Positions 12,750 through 25,700 of a DNA stretch of 64,000 nt are shown here, one piece after another (the first letter of the stretch is position 1; the number at the start of each line of letters is the position of its first letter). Source of the stretch: Eledone cirrhosa (Eukaryota). The stretch spans positions 3,100,001-3,164,000 of the forward strand of contig OZ024741.1 in assembly GCA_964016885.1 (NCBI GenBank), in the 5' to 3' direction. Position numbers and translations under genes: made by a program. The notes beneath the pieces were generated by a model. That model had not been told where the DNA came from. It saw only the letters and a program-made list of their open reading frames with translations, and did no database searches.

Positions 12750-15700
12750 CTGTCCAGCTCTCCTCACAGTTTCTTCTCTGAAGATCTTCTTCTGTCCAGC
12801 TCTCCTCAATGTTTCTTCTCTGAAGACCTTCTACTGTTCAGCTCCCCTCACAGTTTATTCTCTGAAGATCTTCTACTGTCCAGCTCGCCTGGCAGTTTCT
12901 TCTCTGAAGAGCTTCCACTGTCCAGCTCTCCTGACAGATTCTTCTCTGAACACCTTCTACTGCCCAGCTTCTCTCACAGTTTCTTCTCTGAAGTTCTATT
13001 ACTGTCCAGCTCTCCTCATAGTTCTTCTCTGAGGACCTTCTACTGTCCACCTCTCCTCACAGTTTCTTCTCTGAAGACCTTCTGTTGTCCAGCTCTCCTC
13101 ACAGTTTCTTCTCTGAAGACCTTCTACTGTTCAGTTCCTCTCACAGTTTCTTCGCTGAAGACCTTCTGCTGTCCAGCTCTCCTGACAGTTTCTTTTCTGA
13201 ACACCTTCTACTGTCCAGCTCCTCTCACAGTTTCTTCTCTGAAGTTCTACTACTGTCCAGCTCTCCTCACAGTTTCTTCTCTGAAGACCTTCTACTGTCC
13301 TGCCCTCCTCAAAATTTCTTCTCTGAAGACCTTCTACTGTCTAGTTCTCCGGACAGTTTCTTCACTTAAGACCTTCTCCTGTCCACCCCTCGTCATAGTT
13401 TCTTCTCTGAAGACCTTCGACTGTCCAGCTCTCCTCATCATTTCTTCACTGAAGACCTTCTACTGTCCAGCACTCCTCACAGTTTCTTCTCTGAAGATTT
13501 TCTACTGTCCAGTTCTCCTCACACTTTCTTCTCTAAAGACCTTCTACTGTCCAACTATCCTCAATGTTACTTCACTGAAGACCTTCTACTGTCCAGCTCT
13601 TCTCACAGTTTCTTCTCAAAAGACCTTCTTCTGTCCATCTCTCCTCACACATTCTTCTCTAAAGACCGTCTACTCTCCAGTTATCCTCAATGTTTCTTCT
13701 CTGAAGACGTTCTACTGTCCAGCTCTCCACACAGTTTCTTCTCTGAAGAGCTTCTAATGTCCAGCTCTCCTCAAATTTCGTCTCTGAAGATCTTTTACTG
13801 TCCAGCTCTCCGCACAGTTTCTTCTCTGAAGACCTTTTACTGTCCAGCTCTCTTCACAATTTCTTTTCTAAAGACCTTCTACTGTCCAGCTCTCCTCACA
13901 TTTCTTCTCTGAAGACCTTTTACTGTCCAGCACTCCTCACAGTCTCTTCTCTCAAGATTTTCTACTGTCCAGTTCTCCTCACACTTTCTTCTCTAAAGAC
14001 CTTCTACTGTCCAGCTATCCTCAATGTTACTTCTGTGAAGACCTTCTACTGTCCAGCTCTCCTCACAGTTTCTTCACAAAAGTCCTTCTTCTGTCCATCT
14101 CTCCTCACACATTCTTCTCTAAAGACCTTCTACTGTCCAGTTATCCTCAATGTTTCTTCTCTGAAGACCATCTACTGTCTAGCTCTCCACACAGTTTCTT
14201 CTCTGAAGACCTTCTACTGTCCAGCTCTCCTCACAGTTTCTTCTCTGAAGACCTTCTACTGTCAGGCTCTCCTCAAACTTCTTCTCTGAAGACCTTTTAC
14301 TGTCCAGCCCTCCGCACAGTTTATTCTCTGAAGACCTTCTACTGTCCAGCTCTCTTCACAATTTCTTCTCTAAAGACCTTCTACTGTCCAGCTCTCTTCA
14401 CAGATTCTTCTCTGAAGACCTTCTACTGTCCAGCTCTCATCATAGTTTCCTCTCTGAAGATCTTCTGCTGTCCAGCTCTCCTGACAGTTTCTTATCTGAA
14501 GACCTTCTGCTGCCCACATCTCCTCACAGTTTCTTCTCTGAAGACCTTCTGCTGTCCAGTTCTCCTCACTGTTTCTTCTCTGAAGACCTTCTCTTTTACA
14601 GCTCTCGTCACAGTTTCTTCTCGGAAGACCTTCTAATGTCCAGCTCTCCTCATTATTTCTTCTCTGAAGAACTTCTACTGTCCTGCTCTCCTCAAAGATT
14701 CTTCTCTGAAGACCTTCTACTCTCTAGTTCTCCTCACAGTTTCTTCTCTTAAGACCTTCTCCTGTCCAGCTCTCCTCACAGTTTCTTCTCTGAAGACCTT
14801 CTGCTGTCCAGCTCTCCTCACAGTTTCTTCTCTGAAGACCTTCTGCTGTCCAGCCCTCGTCACAGTTTCTTCTCTGAAGACCTTCTACTGTCCAGCTCTA
14901 CGAACGATTTCTTCTCTGAAGAGCTTCTACTGTCCAGCTCTCCTCATAATTTCTTCACTAAAGACCTTCTACTCTCCAGCTTTCCTCAATGTTTCTTCTC
15001 TGAAGACCTTCTACTGTCCAGCTCCCCGCACAGTTTCTTCTCAGAAGACCTTCTTCTGTCCAGCTCTCCTCACAGTTTCTTCTCTGAAGACCTTCTACTG
15101 TCCAGCTCTCCGAACAATTTCTTCTCTGAAGAGCTTCTACTGTCCAGCTCTCCTCATCATTTCTTCACTGAAGACCTTCTACTGTCATGCTCTCCTCAAT
15201 GTTTCTTCTCTGAAGACGTTCTGCTGTCCAGCTGTCCTCATTATTTCTTCTCTGAAGACCTTCTACTGTCCTGCTCTCCTCAAAGTTTCTTCTCTGAAGA
15301 CCTTCTACTGTCAAGCTATCCTCAATGTTTCTTCTCAGGAAACCTTCTTCTCTCCAGCTCTCCTCACAGTTTCTTCTCTGAAGACCTTCTACTGTCCAGC
15401 TATCCTCAATGTTTCTTCTCTGAAGACCTTCTGCTGTCCAGCTCTCCTCACAGTTTGTTCTCTGAAAACCTTCTACTGTCCAGCTCTCCTCACAGTTGCT
15501 TCTCTGAAGACCTTCTGCTGTCCAGCTCCTCACACAGTTTGTTCTCTGAATTCCTACTACTGTGCAGCTCTCCTCACAGTTTCTTCTCTGAATACCTTCT
15601 GTTGTCCAGCTCTCGTCACAGTTTCTTCTCTGAAGACCTTCTACTGTCCAGCTCTCCGAACAATTTCTTCTCTGAAGAGCTTCTACTGTCCAGCTCTCCT

Positions 15701-18700
15701 CATCATTTCGTCACTGAAGACCTTCTACTGTCATGCTCTCCTCAATGTTTCTTCTCTGAAGACGTTCTGCTGTCCAGCTGTCCTCACTGTTTCTTCTCTG
15801 AAGACCTTCTACTGTCTAGTTCTCCTCACAGTTTCTTCTCTGAAGACCTTCTACTGTCTAGTTCTCCTGACAGTTTCTTCTCTTAAGACCTTCTCCTGTC
15901 CAGCCCTCGTCATAGTTTCTTCTCTGAAGACGTTCTACTGTCCCGTGTCACTTCATTTCTTCACTGAAGACCTTCTACTGTCCAGCACTCCTCACAGTTT
16001 CAGCTCTGAAGATTTTCTACTGTCCAGTTCTCATCACACTTTTTTCTCTAAAGACCATCTACTGTCCAACTATCCTCAATGTTACTTCTCTGAAGACCTT
16101 CTACTGTCCAGCTCTTCTCACAGTTTCCTCTCAAAAGACCTTCTTCTGTCCAGCTCTTCTCACAGTTTCTTCTCTAAAGACCTTCTACTCTCCAGTTATC
16201 TTCAATGTTTCTTCTCTGAAGACGTTCTACTGTCCAGCTCTCCACACAGTTTCTTCTCTAAAGACCTTCTACTGTCCAGCTCTCCTCAAATTTCTTCTCT
16301 GAAGACCTTTTACTGTCCAGCCCTCCGCACAGTTTCCTCTCTGAAGACCTTCTACTGTCCAGCTCTTTTCAAAATTTCTTCTCTAAAGATTTTCTACTGC
16401 CCAGCTCTCCTCACGTATCTTCTCTGAAGACCTTTTACTGTCCAGCACTCCTCACAGTCTCTTCTCTCGAGATTTTCTACTGTCCAGTTCTCCTCACACT
16501 TTCTTCTCTAAAGACCATCTACTGTCCAACTATCCTCAATGTTACTTCTCTAAAGACCTTCTACTGTCCAGCTCTCCTCACAGTTTCTTCTCAAAAGTCC
16601 TTCTTCTGTCCATCTCTCCTCACACATTCTTCTCTAAAGACCTTCTACTGTCCGGTTATCCTCAAAGTTTCTTCTCTGAAGACCTTCTACTGTCCAGCTC
16701 TCCACACAGTTTCTTCTCTGAAGACTTCTACTGTCCAGCTCTCCTCAATGTTTCTTCTCTGAAGACCTTCTACTGTTCAGCTCCCCTCACAGTTTATTCT
16801 CTGAAGATCTTCTACTGTCCAGCTCGCCTGGCAGTTTCTTCTCTGAAGAGCTTCCACTGTCCAGCTCTCCTGACAGATTCTTCTCTGAACACCTTCTACT
16901 GCCCAGCTTCTCTCACAGTTTCTTCTCTGAAGTTCTATTACTGTCCAGCTCTCCTCATAGTTCTTCTCTGAGGACCTTCTACTGTCCACCTCTCCTCACA
17001 GTTTCTTCTCTGAAGACCTTCTGTTGTCCAGCTCTCCTCACAGTTTCTTCTCTGAAGACCTTCTACTGTCCAGCTATCCTCAATGTTTCTTCTCAGGAAA
17101 CCTTCTTCTCTCCAGCTCTCCTCACAGTTTCTTCTCTGAAGACCTTCTACTGTCCAGCTCCTCTCACAGTTTCTTCTCTGAAGTTCTACTACTGTCCAGC
17201 TCTCCTCACAGTTTCTTCTCTGAAGACCTTCTACTGTCCTGCCCTCCTCAAAATTTCTTCTCTGAAGACCTTCTACTGTCTAGTTCTCCGGACAGTTTCT
17301 TCACTTAAGACCTTCTCCTGTCCACCCCTCGTCATAGTTTCTTCTCTGAAGACCTTCGACTGTCCAGCTCTCCTCATCATTTCTTCACTGAAGACCTTCT
17401 ACTGTCCAGCACTCCTCACAGTTTCTTCTCTGAAGATTTTCTACTGTCCAGTTCTCCTCACACTTTCTTCTCTAAAGACCTTCTACTGTCCAACTATCCT
17501 CAATGTTACTTCTCTGAAGACCTTCTACTGTCCAGCTCTTCTCACAGTTTCTTCTCAAAAGACCTTCTTCTGTCCATCTCTCCTCACACATTCTTCTCTA
17601 AAGACCGTCTACTCTCCAGTTATCCTCAATGTTTCTTCTCTGAAGACGTTCTACTGTCCAGCTCTCCACACAGTTTCTTCTCCGAAGACCTTCTACTGTC
17701 CAGCTCTCCTCACATTTTCTTCTCTGAAGAGCTTCTAATGTCCAGCTCTCCTCAAATTTCGTCTCTGAAGATCTTTTACTGTCCAGCTCTCCGCACAGTT
17801 TCTTCTCTGAAGACCTTTTACTGTCCAGCTCTCTTCACAATTTCTTTTCTAAAGACCTTCTACTGTCCAGCTCTCCTCACATTTCTTCTCTGAAGACCTT
17901 TTACTGTCCAGCACTCCTCACAGTCTCTTCTCTCAAGATTTTCTACTGTCCAGTTCTCCTCACACTTTCTTCTCTAAAGACCTTCTACTGTCCAGCTATC
18001 CTCAATGTTACTTCTGTGAAGACCTTCTACTGTCCAGCTCTCCTCACAGTTTCTTCACAAAAGTCCTTCTTCTGTCCATCTCTCCTCACACATTCTTCTC
18101 TAAAGACCTTCTACTGTCCAGTTATCCTCAATGTTTCTTCTCTGAAGACCTTCTACTGTCCAGCTCTCCTCACAGTTTCTTCTCTGAAGACCTTCTACTG
18201 TCAGGCTCTCCTCAAACTTCTTCTCTGAAGACCTTTTACTGTCCAGCCCCCTGCACAGTTTCTTCTCTGAAGACCTTCTACTGTCCAGCTCTCTTCACAA
18301 TTTCTTCTCTAAAGACCTTCTACTGTCCAGCTCTCGTCACATTTCTTCTCTGAAGACCTTTTACTGTCCAGCCCTCCGCACAGTTTATTCTCTGAAGACC
18401 TTCTACTGTCCAGCTCTCTTCACAATTTCTTCTCTAAAGACCTTCTACTGTCCAGCTCTCTTCACAGATTCTTCTCTGAAGACCTTCTACTGTCCAGCTC
18501 TCATCATAGTTTCCTCTCTGAAGATCTTCTGCTGTCCAGCTCTCCTGACAGTTTCTTATCTGAAGACCTTCTGCTGCCCACATCTCCTCACAGTTTCTTC
18601 TCTGAAGACCTTCTGCTGTCCAGTTCTCCTCACAGTTTCTTCTCTGAAGACCTTCTCTTTTACAGCTCTCGTCACAGTTTCTTCTCGGAAGACCTTCTAA

Positions 18701-21700
18701 TGTCCAGCTCTCCTCATTATTTCTTCTCTGAAGAACTTCTACTGTCCTGCTCTCCTCAAAGATTCTTCTCTGAAGACCTTCTACTCTCTAGTTCTCCTCA
18801 CAGTTTCTTCTCTTAAGACCTTCTCCTGTCCAGCTCTCCTCACAGTTTCTTCTCTGAAGACCTTCTGCTGTCCAGCTCTCCTCACAGTTTCTTCTCTGAA
18901 GACCTTCTGCTGTCCAGCCCTCGTCACAGTTTCTTCTCTGAAGACCTTCTACTGTCCAGCTCTACGAACGATTTCTTCTCTGAAGAGCTTCTACTGTCCA
19001 GCTCTCCTCATAATTTCTTCACTAAAGACCTTCTACTCTCCAGCTTTCCTCAATGTTTCTTCTCTGAAGACCTTCTACAGTCCAGCTCTCCTCACAGTTT
19101 CTTCTCAGAAGACCTTCTTCTGTCCAGCTCTCCTCACAGTTTCTTCTCTGAAGACCTTCTACTCTCCTGCTATCCTCAATGTTTCTTCTCTGAAGACCTT
19201 CTACTGTCCAGCTCCCCGCACAGTTTCTTCTCAGAAGACCTTCTTCTGTCCAGCTCTCCTCACAGTTTCTTCTCTGAAGACCTTCTACTGTCCAGCTCTC
19301 CGAACAATTTCTTCTCTGAAGAGCTTCTACTGTCCAGCTCTCCTCATCATTTCTTCACTGAAGACCTTCTACTGTCATGCTCTCCTCAATGTTTCTTCTC
19401 TGAAGACGTTCTGCTGTCCAGCTGTCCTCATTATTTCTTCTCTGAAGACCTTCTACTGTCCTGCTCTCCTCAAAGTTTCTTCTCTGAAGACCTTCTACTG
19501 TCCAGCTATCCTCAATGTTTCTTCTCAGGAAACCTTCTTCTCTCCAGCTCTCCTCACAGTTTCTTCTCTGAAGACCTTCTACTGTCCAGCTATCCTCAAT
19601 GTTTCTTCTCTGAAGACCTTCTGCTGTCCAGCTCTCCTCATAGTTTGTTCTCTGAAAACCTTCTACTGTCCAGCTCTCCTCACAGTTTCTTCTCTGAAGA
19701 CCTTCTGCTGTCCAGCTCCTCACACAGTTTGTTCTCTGAATTCCTACTACTGTGCAGCTCTCCTCACAGTTTCTTCTCTGAATACCTTCTGTTGTCCAGC
19801 TCTCGTCACAGTTTCTTCTCTGAAGACCTTCTACTGTCCAGCTCTCCGAACAATTTCTTCTCTGAAGAGCTTCTACTGTCCAGCTCTCCTCATCATTTCG
19901 TCACTGAAGACCTTCTACTGTCATGCTCTCCTCAATGTTTCTTCTCTGAAGACGTTCTGCTGTCCAGCTGTCCTCACTGTTTCTTCTCTGAAGACCTTCT
20001 ACTGTCTAGTTCTCCTCACAGTTTCTTCTCTGAAGACCTTCTACTGTCTAGTTCTCCTGACAGTTTCTTCTCTTAAGACCTTCTCCTGTCCAGCCCTCGT
20101 CATAGTTTCTTCTCTGAAGACGTTCTACTGTCCCGTCTCCACTTCATTTCTTCACTGAAGACCTTCTACTGTCCAGCACTCCTCACAGTTTCAGCTCTGA
20201 AGATTTTCTACTGTCCAGTTCTCATCACACTTTTTTCTCTAAAGACCATCTACTGTCCAACTATCCTCAATGTTACTTCTCTGAAGACCTTCTACTGTCC
20301 AGCTCTTCTCACAGTTTCCTCTCAAAAGACCTTCTTCTGTCCAGCTCTTCTCACAGTTTCTTCTCTAAAGACCTTCTACTCTCCAGTTATCTTCAATGTT
20401 TCTTCTCTGAAGACGTTCTACTGTCCAGCTCTCCACACAGTTTCTTCTCTAAAGACCTTCTACTGTCCAGCTCTCCTCAAATTTCTTCTCTGAAGACCTT
20501 TTACTGTCCAGCCCTCCGCACAGTTTCCTCTCTGAAGACCTTCTACTGTCCAGCTCTTTTCAAAATTTCTTCTCTAAAGATTTTCTACTGCCCAGCTCTC
20601 CTCACGTATCTTCTCTGAAGACCTTTTACTGTCCAGCACTCCTCACAGTCTCTTCTCTCAAGATTTTCTACTGTCCAGTTCTCCTCACACTTTCTTCTCT
20701 AAAGACCATCTACTGTCCAACTATCCTCAATGTTACTTCTCTAAAGACCTTCTACTGTCCAGCTCTCCTCACAGTTTCTTCTCAAAAGTCCTTCTTCTGT
20801 CCATCTCTCCTCACACATTCTTCTCTAAAGACCTTCTACTGTCCGGTTATCCTCAAAGTTTCTTCTCTGAAGACCTTCTACTGTCCAGCTCTCCACACAG
20901 TTTCTTCTCTGAAGACTTCTACTGTCCAGCTCTCCTCAAATTTCTTCTCTGAAGGCCTTTTACTGTCCAGCCCTCCGCACAGTTTCTTCTCTGAAGACCT
21001 TCTACTGTCCAGCTCTCTTCACAATTTCTTCTCTAAAGACCTTCTACTGTCCAGCTCTCCTCATAGTTTCCTCTCTGAAGATCTTCTGCTGTCCAGCTCT
21101 CTGACAGTTTCTTCTCTGAAGACCTTCTGTTGTCCAGCTCTCGTCACAGTTTCTTCTCTGAAGACCTTCTACTGTCCAGCTCTCCTGACAGTTTCATCTC
21201 TGAAGACCTTCTGCTGTCCAGCCCTCGTCACAGTTTCTTCTCTTAAGACCTTCTCCTGTCCAGCTCTCCTCACAGTTTCTTCTCTGAAGACCTTCTCCTG
21301 TCCAGCCCTCGTCACAGTTTCTTCTCTGAAGACCTTCTACTGTCCAGCTCTCCGAACAATTTCTTCTCTGAAGAGCTTCTACTGTCCAGCTCTCCTCATC
21401 ATTTCTTCACTGAAGACCTTCTACTGTCATGCTCTCCTCAATGTTTCTTCTCTGAAGACGTTCTGCTGTCCAGCTGTCCTCATTGTTTCTTCTCTGAAGA
21501 CCTTCTACTGTCTAGTTCTCCTCACAGTTTCTTCTCTGAAGACCTTATACTGTCTAGTTCTCCTGACAGTTTCTTCTCTTAAGACCTTCTCCTGTCCAGC
21601 CCTCGTCATAGTTTCTTCTCTGAAGACGTTCTACTGTCCCGCTCTCCACTTCATTTCTTCACTGAAGACCTTCTACTGTCCAGCACTCCTCACAGTTTCA

Positions 21701-22400
21701 GCTCTGAAGATTTTCTACTGTTCAGTTCTCATCACACTTTTTTCTCTAAAGACCATCTACTGTCCAACTATCTTCAATGTTACTTCTCTGAAGACCTTCT
21801 ACTGTCCAGCTCTTCTCACAGTTTCCTCTCAAAAGACCTTCTTCTGTCCATCTCTCCTCACACGTTCTTCTCTAAAGACCTTCTACTCTCCAGTTATCCT
21901 CAATGTTTCTTCTCTGAAGACGTTCTACTGTCCAGCTCTCCACACAGTTTCTTCTCTAAAGACCTTCTACTGTCCAGCTCTCCTCAAATTTCTTCTCTGA
22001 AGACCTTTTACTGTCCAGCCCTCCGCACAGTTTCCTCTCTGAAGACCTTCTACTGTCCAGCTCTCTTCAAAATTTCTTCTCTAAAGACCTTCTACTGTCC
22101 AGCTCTCCTCACATATCTTCTCTGAAGACCTTTTACTGTCCAGCATTCCTCACAGTCTCTTCTCTCAAGATTTTCTACTGTCCAGTTCTCCTCACACTTT
22201 CTTCTCTAAAGACCATCTACTGTCCAACTATCCTCAATGTTACTTCTCTAAAGACCTTCTACTGTCCAGCTCTCCTCACAGTTTCTTCTCACAAGTCCTT
22301 CTTCTGTCCATCTCTCCTCACACATTCTTCTCTAAAGACCTTCTACTGTCCGGTTATCCTCAAAGTTTCTTCTCTGAAGACCTTCTACTGTCCAGCTCTC
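12750..22400 (+). repeat. Higher-order duplication of about 4.0-4.2 kb within the satellite, plus a third partial copy at about 21.3-22.4 kb
   Basis: Near-identical ORF pairs are offset as follows: 12838/16777 (3939), 14035/18016 (3981), 15165/19355 and 15455/19645 (4190). Shared rare variants include CTCTACGAACGATTTC and TCAGGCTCTCCTCAAAC. Boundaries are approximate. Confidence 0.8.
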
Positions 22401-22799
22401 CTCACAGTTTCTTCTCAGAAGACCTTCTTCTGTCCAGCTCCCCTCACAGTTTCTTCTCTGAAGACCTTCTACTGTCCTGCTATCCTCAATATTTCTTCTC
22501 TGAAGACCTTCTACTGTCCAGCTCTCCTTACAGTTTCTTCTCTGAAGACCTTCTACTCTCCAGGTCTCCTCACAGTTTCTTCTGTGAAGTTCTACTACTG
22601 TCCAGCTCTCTTCACAGTTTCTTCTCTGAAGACCTTATTCTGTCCAGCTCTCCGCACAATTTCTTCTCTGAAGATCTTCTACTGTTCATCTCTCCTCACA
22701 GTTTCTTCTCTGAAGACCTTCTACTGTCCAGCTCTCCTCACAGTTTCTTCTCTGAAGTTCTACTACTGTCCAGCTCTCCTCACAGATTCTTCACTGAAG

Positions 22800-25700
22800 A
22801 CCTTCTACTGTCCAGCTCTCCGCAAAGTTTCTTCTCTGAAGACCTTCTACTGTCCAGCTCTCCTCACAGTTTCTTCTCTGAAGACCTTCTTCTGTCCTGC
22901 TCTCCTCAAAGTTTCTTCTCTGAAGACATTCTACTGTCTAGTTCTCATCAAAGTTTCTTCTCTGAAGACCTTCTGCTGTCCAGCCCTCGTCACAGTTTCT
23001 TCTCTAAAGACCTTCTACTGTCCAGCTCTCCTCATCATTTCTTCACTGAAGACCTTCTACTGTCCTGCTCTCCTCAATGTTTCTTCTCTGAAGACCTTCT
23101 ACTGTCCTGCTCTCCTCAAAGTTTCTTCTCTGAAGACATTCTACTGTCTAGTTCTCCTCAAAGTTTCTTCTCTGAAGACCTTCTGCTGTCCAGCCCTCGT
23201 CACTGTTTCTTCTATGAAGACCTTCTACTGTCCAGCTCTCCTCATCATTTCTTCTCTGAAGACACTCTACTATCCAGCTCTCCTCACAGTTTCTTCTCAA
23301 AAGACCTTCTTCTGTCCAGCTCTCCTCACATTTCTTCTCTGAAGACCATTTACTGTCCAGCCCTCCGCACATTTTCTTCTCTGAAGACCTTCTACTGTCC
23401 AGCTCTCTTCACAATTTCTTCTCTAAAGACCTTCTACTGTCCAGCTCTCCTCACAGATTCATCACTGAAGACCTTCTACTGTCCAGCTCTCCTCATAGTT
23501 TCCTCTCTGAATATCTTCTGCTGTCCAGCTCTCCTCACAGTTTCTTCTCTGAAGACCTTCTACTGTCCAATTCTCCTCACAGTTTCTTCTCTGAAGACCT
23601 TCTGTTTTACAGCTCTCGTCACAGTTTTTTGTCGGAAGACCTTCTACTGTCCAGCTCTCCTCACATTTCTTCTCTGAAGACCTTTTACTCTCCAGCCCTC
23701 CGCACAATTTCTTCTCTTGAGACCTTCTACTGTCCAGCTCTCTTCACAATTTCTTCTCTAAACACCTTCTACTGTCCAGCTCTCCTCACAGATTCTTATA
23801 TGAAGACCTTCTACTGTCCAGCTCTCTTCACAATTTCTTCTGTAAAGACCTTCTACTATCCAGCTCTCCTCACAGATTCTTCACTGAAGACCTTCTACTG
23901 TCCAGCTCTCCTCATAGTTTCCTCTCTGAAGATCTTCTGCTGTCCAGCTCTCCTCACAGTTTCTTCTCTGAAGAACTTCTACTGTACAGTTCTCCTCACA
24001 GTTTCTTCTCTGAAGACCTTCTACTGTCCAGTTCTCCTCACAGTTTCTTCTCTGAAGACCTTCTGTTTTACAGCTCTCGTCACAGTTTTTTCTCGGAAGA
24101 CCTTCTACTGTCCAGCTCTCCTCACATTTCTTCTCTGAAGACCTTTTACTCTCCAGCCCTCCGCACAGTTTCTTCTCTTGAGACCTTCTACTGTCCAGCT
24201 CTCTTCACAATTTCTTCTCTAAAGACCTTCTACTGTCCAGCTCTCCTCACAGATTCTTATATGAAGACCTTCTACTGTCCTGCTCTCCTCATAGTTTCCT
24301 CTCTGAAGATCTTCTCCTGTCCAGCTCTCCTCACAGTGTCTTCTCTGAAGACCTTCTGTTGTCCAGCTCTCCTCACAGTTTCTTCTCTGAAGAGCTTCTG
24401 CTGTCCAGCTCTCCTCACAGTTTCTTCTCTGAAGACCTTCATTTGTCCAGCTCTCGTCACAGTTTCTTCTCTGAAGACCTTCTACTGTCCAGCTCTCCTG
24501 ACATTTTCTTCTCTGAAGACCTTCTGCTGTCCAGCACTCGTCACAGTTTCTTCTCTGAAGACCTTCTACTGTCCAGCTCTCCTGACAGTTTCATCTCTGA
24601 AGACCTTCTCCTGTCCAGCCCTCGTCACAGTTTCTTCTCTGAAGACCTTCTACTGTCCAGCCATCCGAACAATTTCTTCTCTGAAGACCTTCTACTGTCC
24701 AGCTCTCCTCATCATTTCTTCACTGATGACCTTCTACTGACCTGCTCTCCTCAATGTTTCTTCTCTGAAGACCTTCTACTGTCCAGCTCTCCTCATCATT
24801 TCTTCTCTGAAGACCTTCTACTGTCCTGCTCTCCTCAAAGTTTCTTCTCTGAAGACATTCTACTGTCTAGTTCTCCTCAAAGTTTCTTCTCTGAAGACCT
24901 TCTGCTGTCCAGCCCTCGTCACAGTTTCTTCTCTGAAGACCTTCTACTGTCCAGCTCTCCTCATCATTTCTTCTCTGAAGACCCTCTACTATCCAGCTCT
25001 CCTCACAGTTTCTTCTCAAAAGACCTTCTTCTATCCAGCTCTCCTCACAGTTTCTTCTCAAAAGACCTTCTTCTGTCCAGCCCTCCGCACATTTTCTTCT
25101 CTGAAGACCTTCTACTGTCCAGCTCTCTTCACAATTTCTTCTCTAAAGACCTTCTACTGTCCAGCTCTCCTCACAGATTCTTCACTGAAGACCTTCTACT
25201 GTCCAGCTCTCCTCATAGTTTCCTCTCTGAAGATCTTCTGCTGTCCAGCTCTCCTCACAGTTTCTTCTCTGAAGACCTTCTACTGTCCAATTCTCCTCAC
25301 AGTTTCTTCTCTGAAGACCTTCTGTTTTACAGCTCTCGTCACAGTTTTTTCTCGGAAGACCTTCTACTGTCCAGCTCTCCTCACATTTCTTCTCTGAAGA
25401 CCTTTTACTCTCCAGCCCTCCGCACAATTTCTTCTCTTGAGACCTTCTACTGTCCAGCTCTCTTCACAATTTCTTCTCTAAAGACCTTCTACTGTCCAGC
25501 TCTCCTCACAGATTCTTATATGAAGACCTTCTACTGTCCAGCTCTCTTCACAATTTCTTCTGTAAAGACCTTCTACTGTCCAGCTCTCCTCACAGATTCT
25601 TCACTGAAGACCTTCTACTGTCCAGCTCTCCTCACAGTTTCTTCTCTGAAGAACTTCTACTGTCCAGTTCTCCTCACAGTTTCTTCTCTGAAGACCTTCT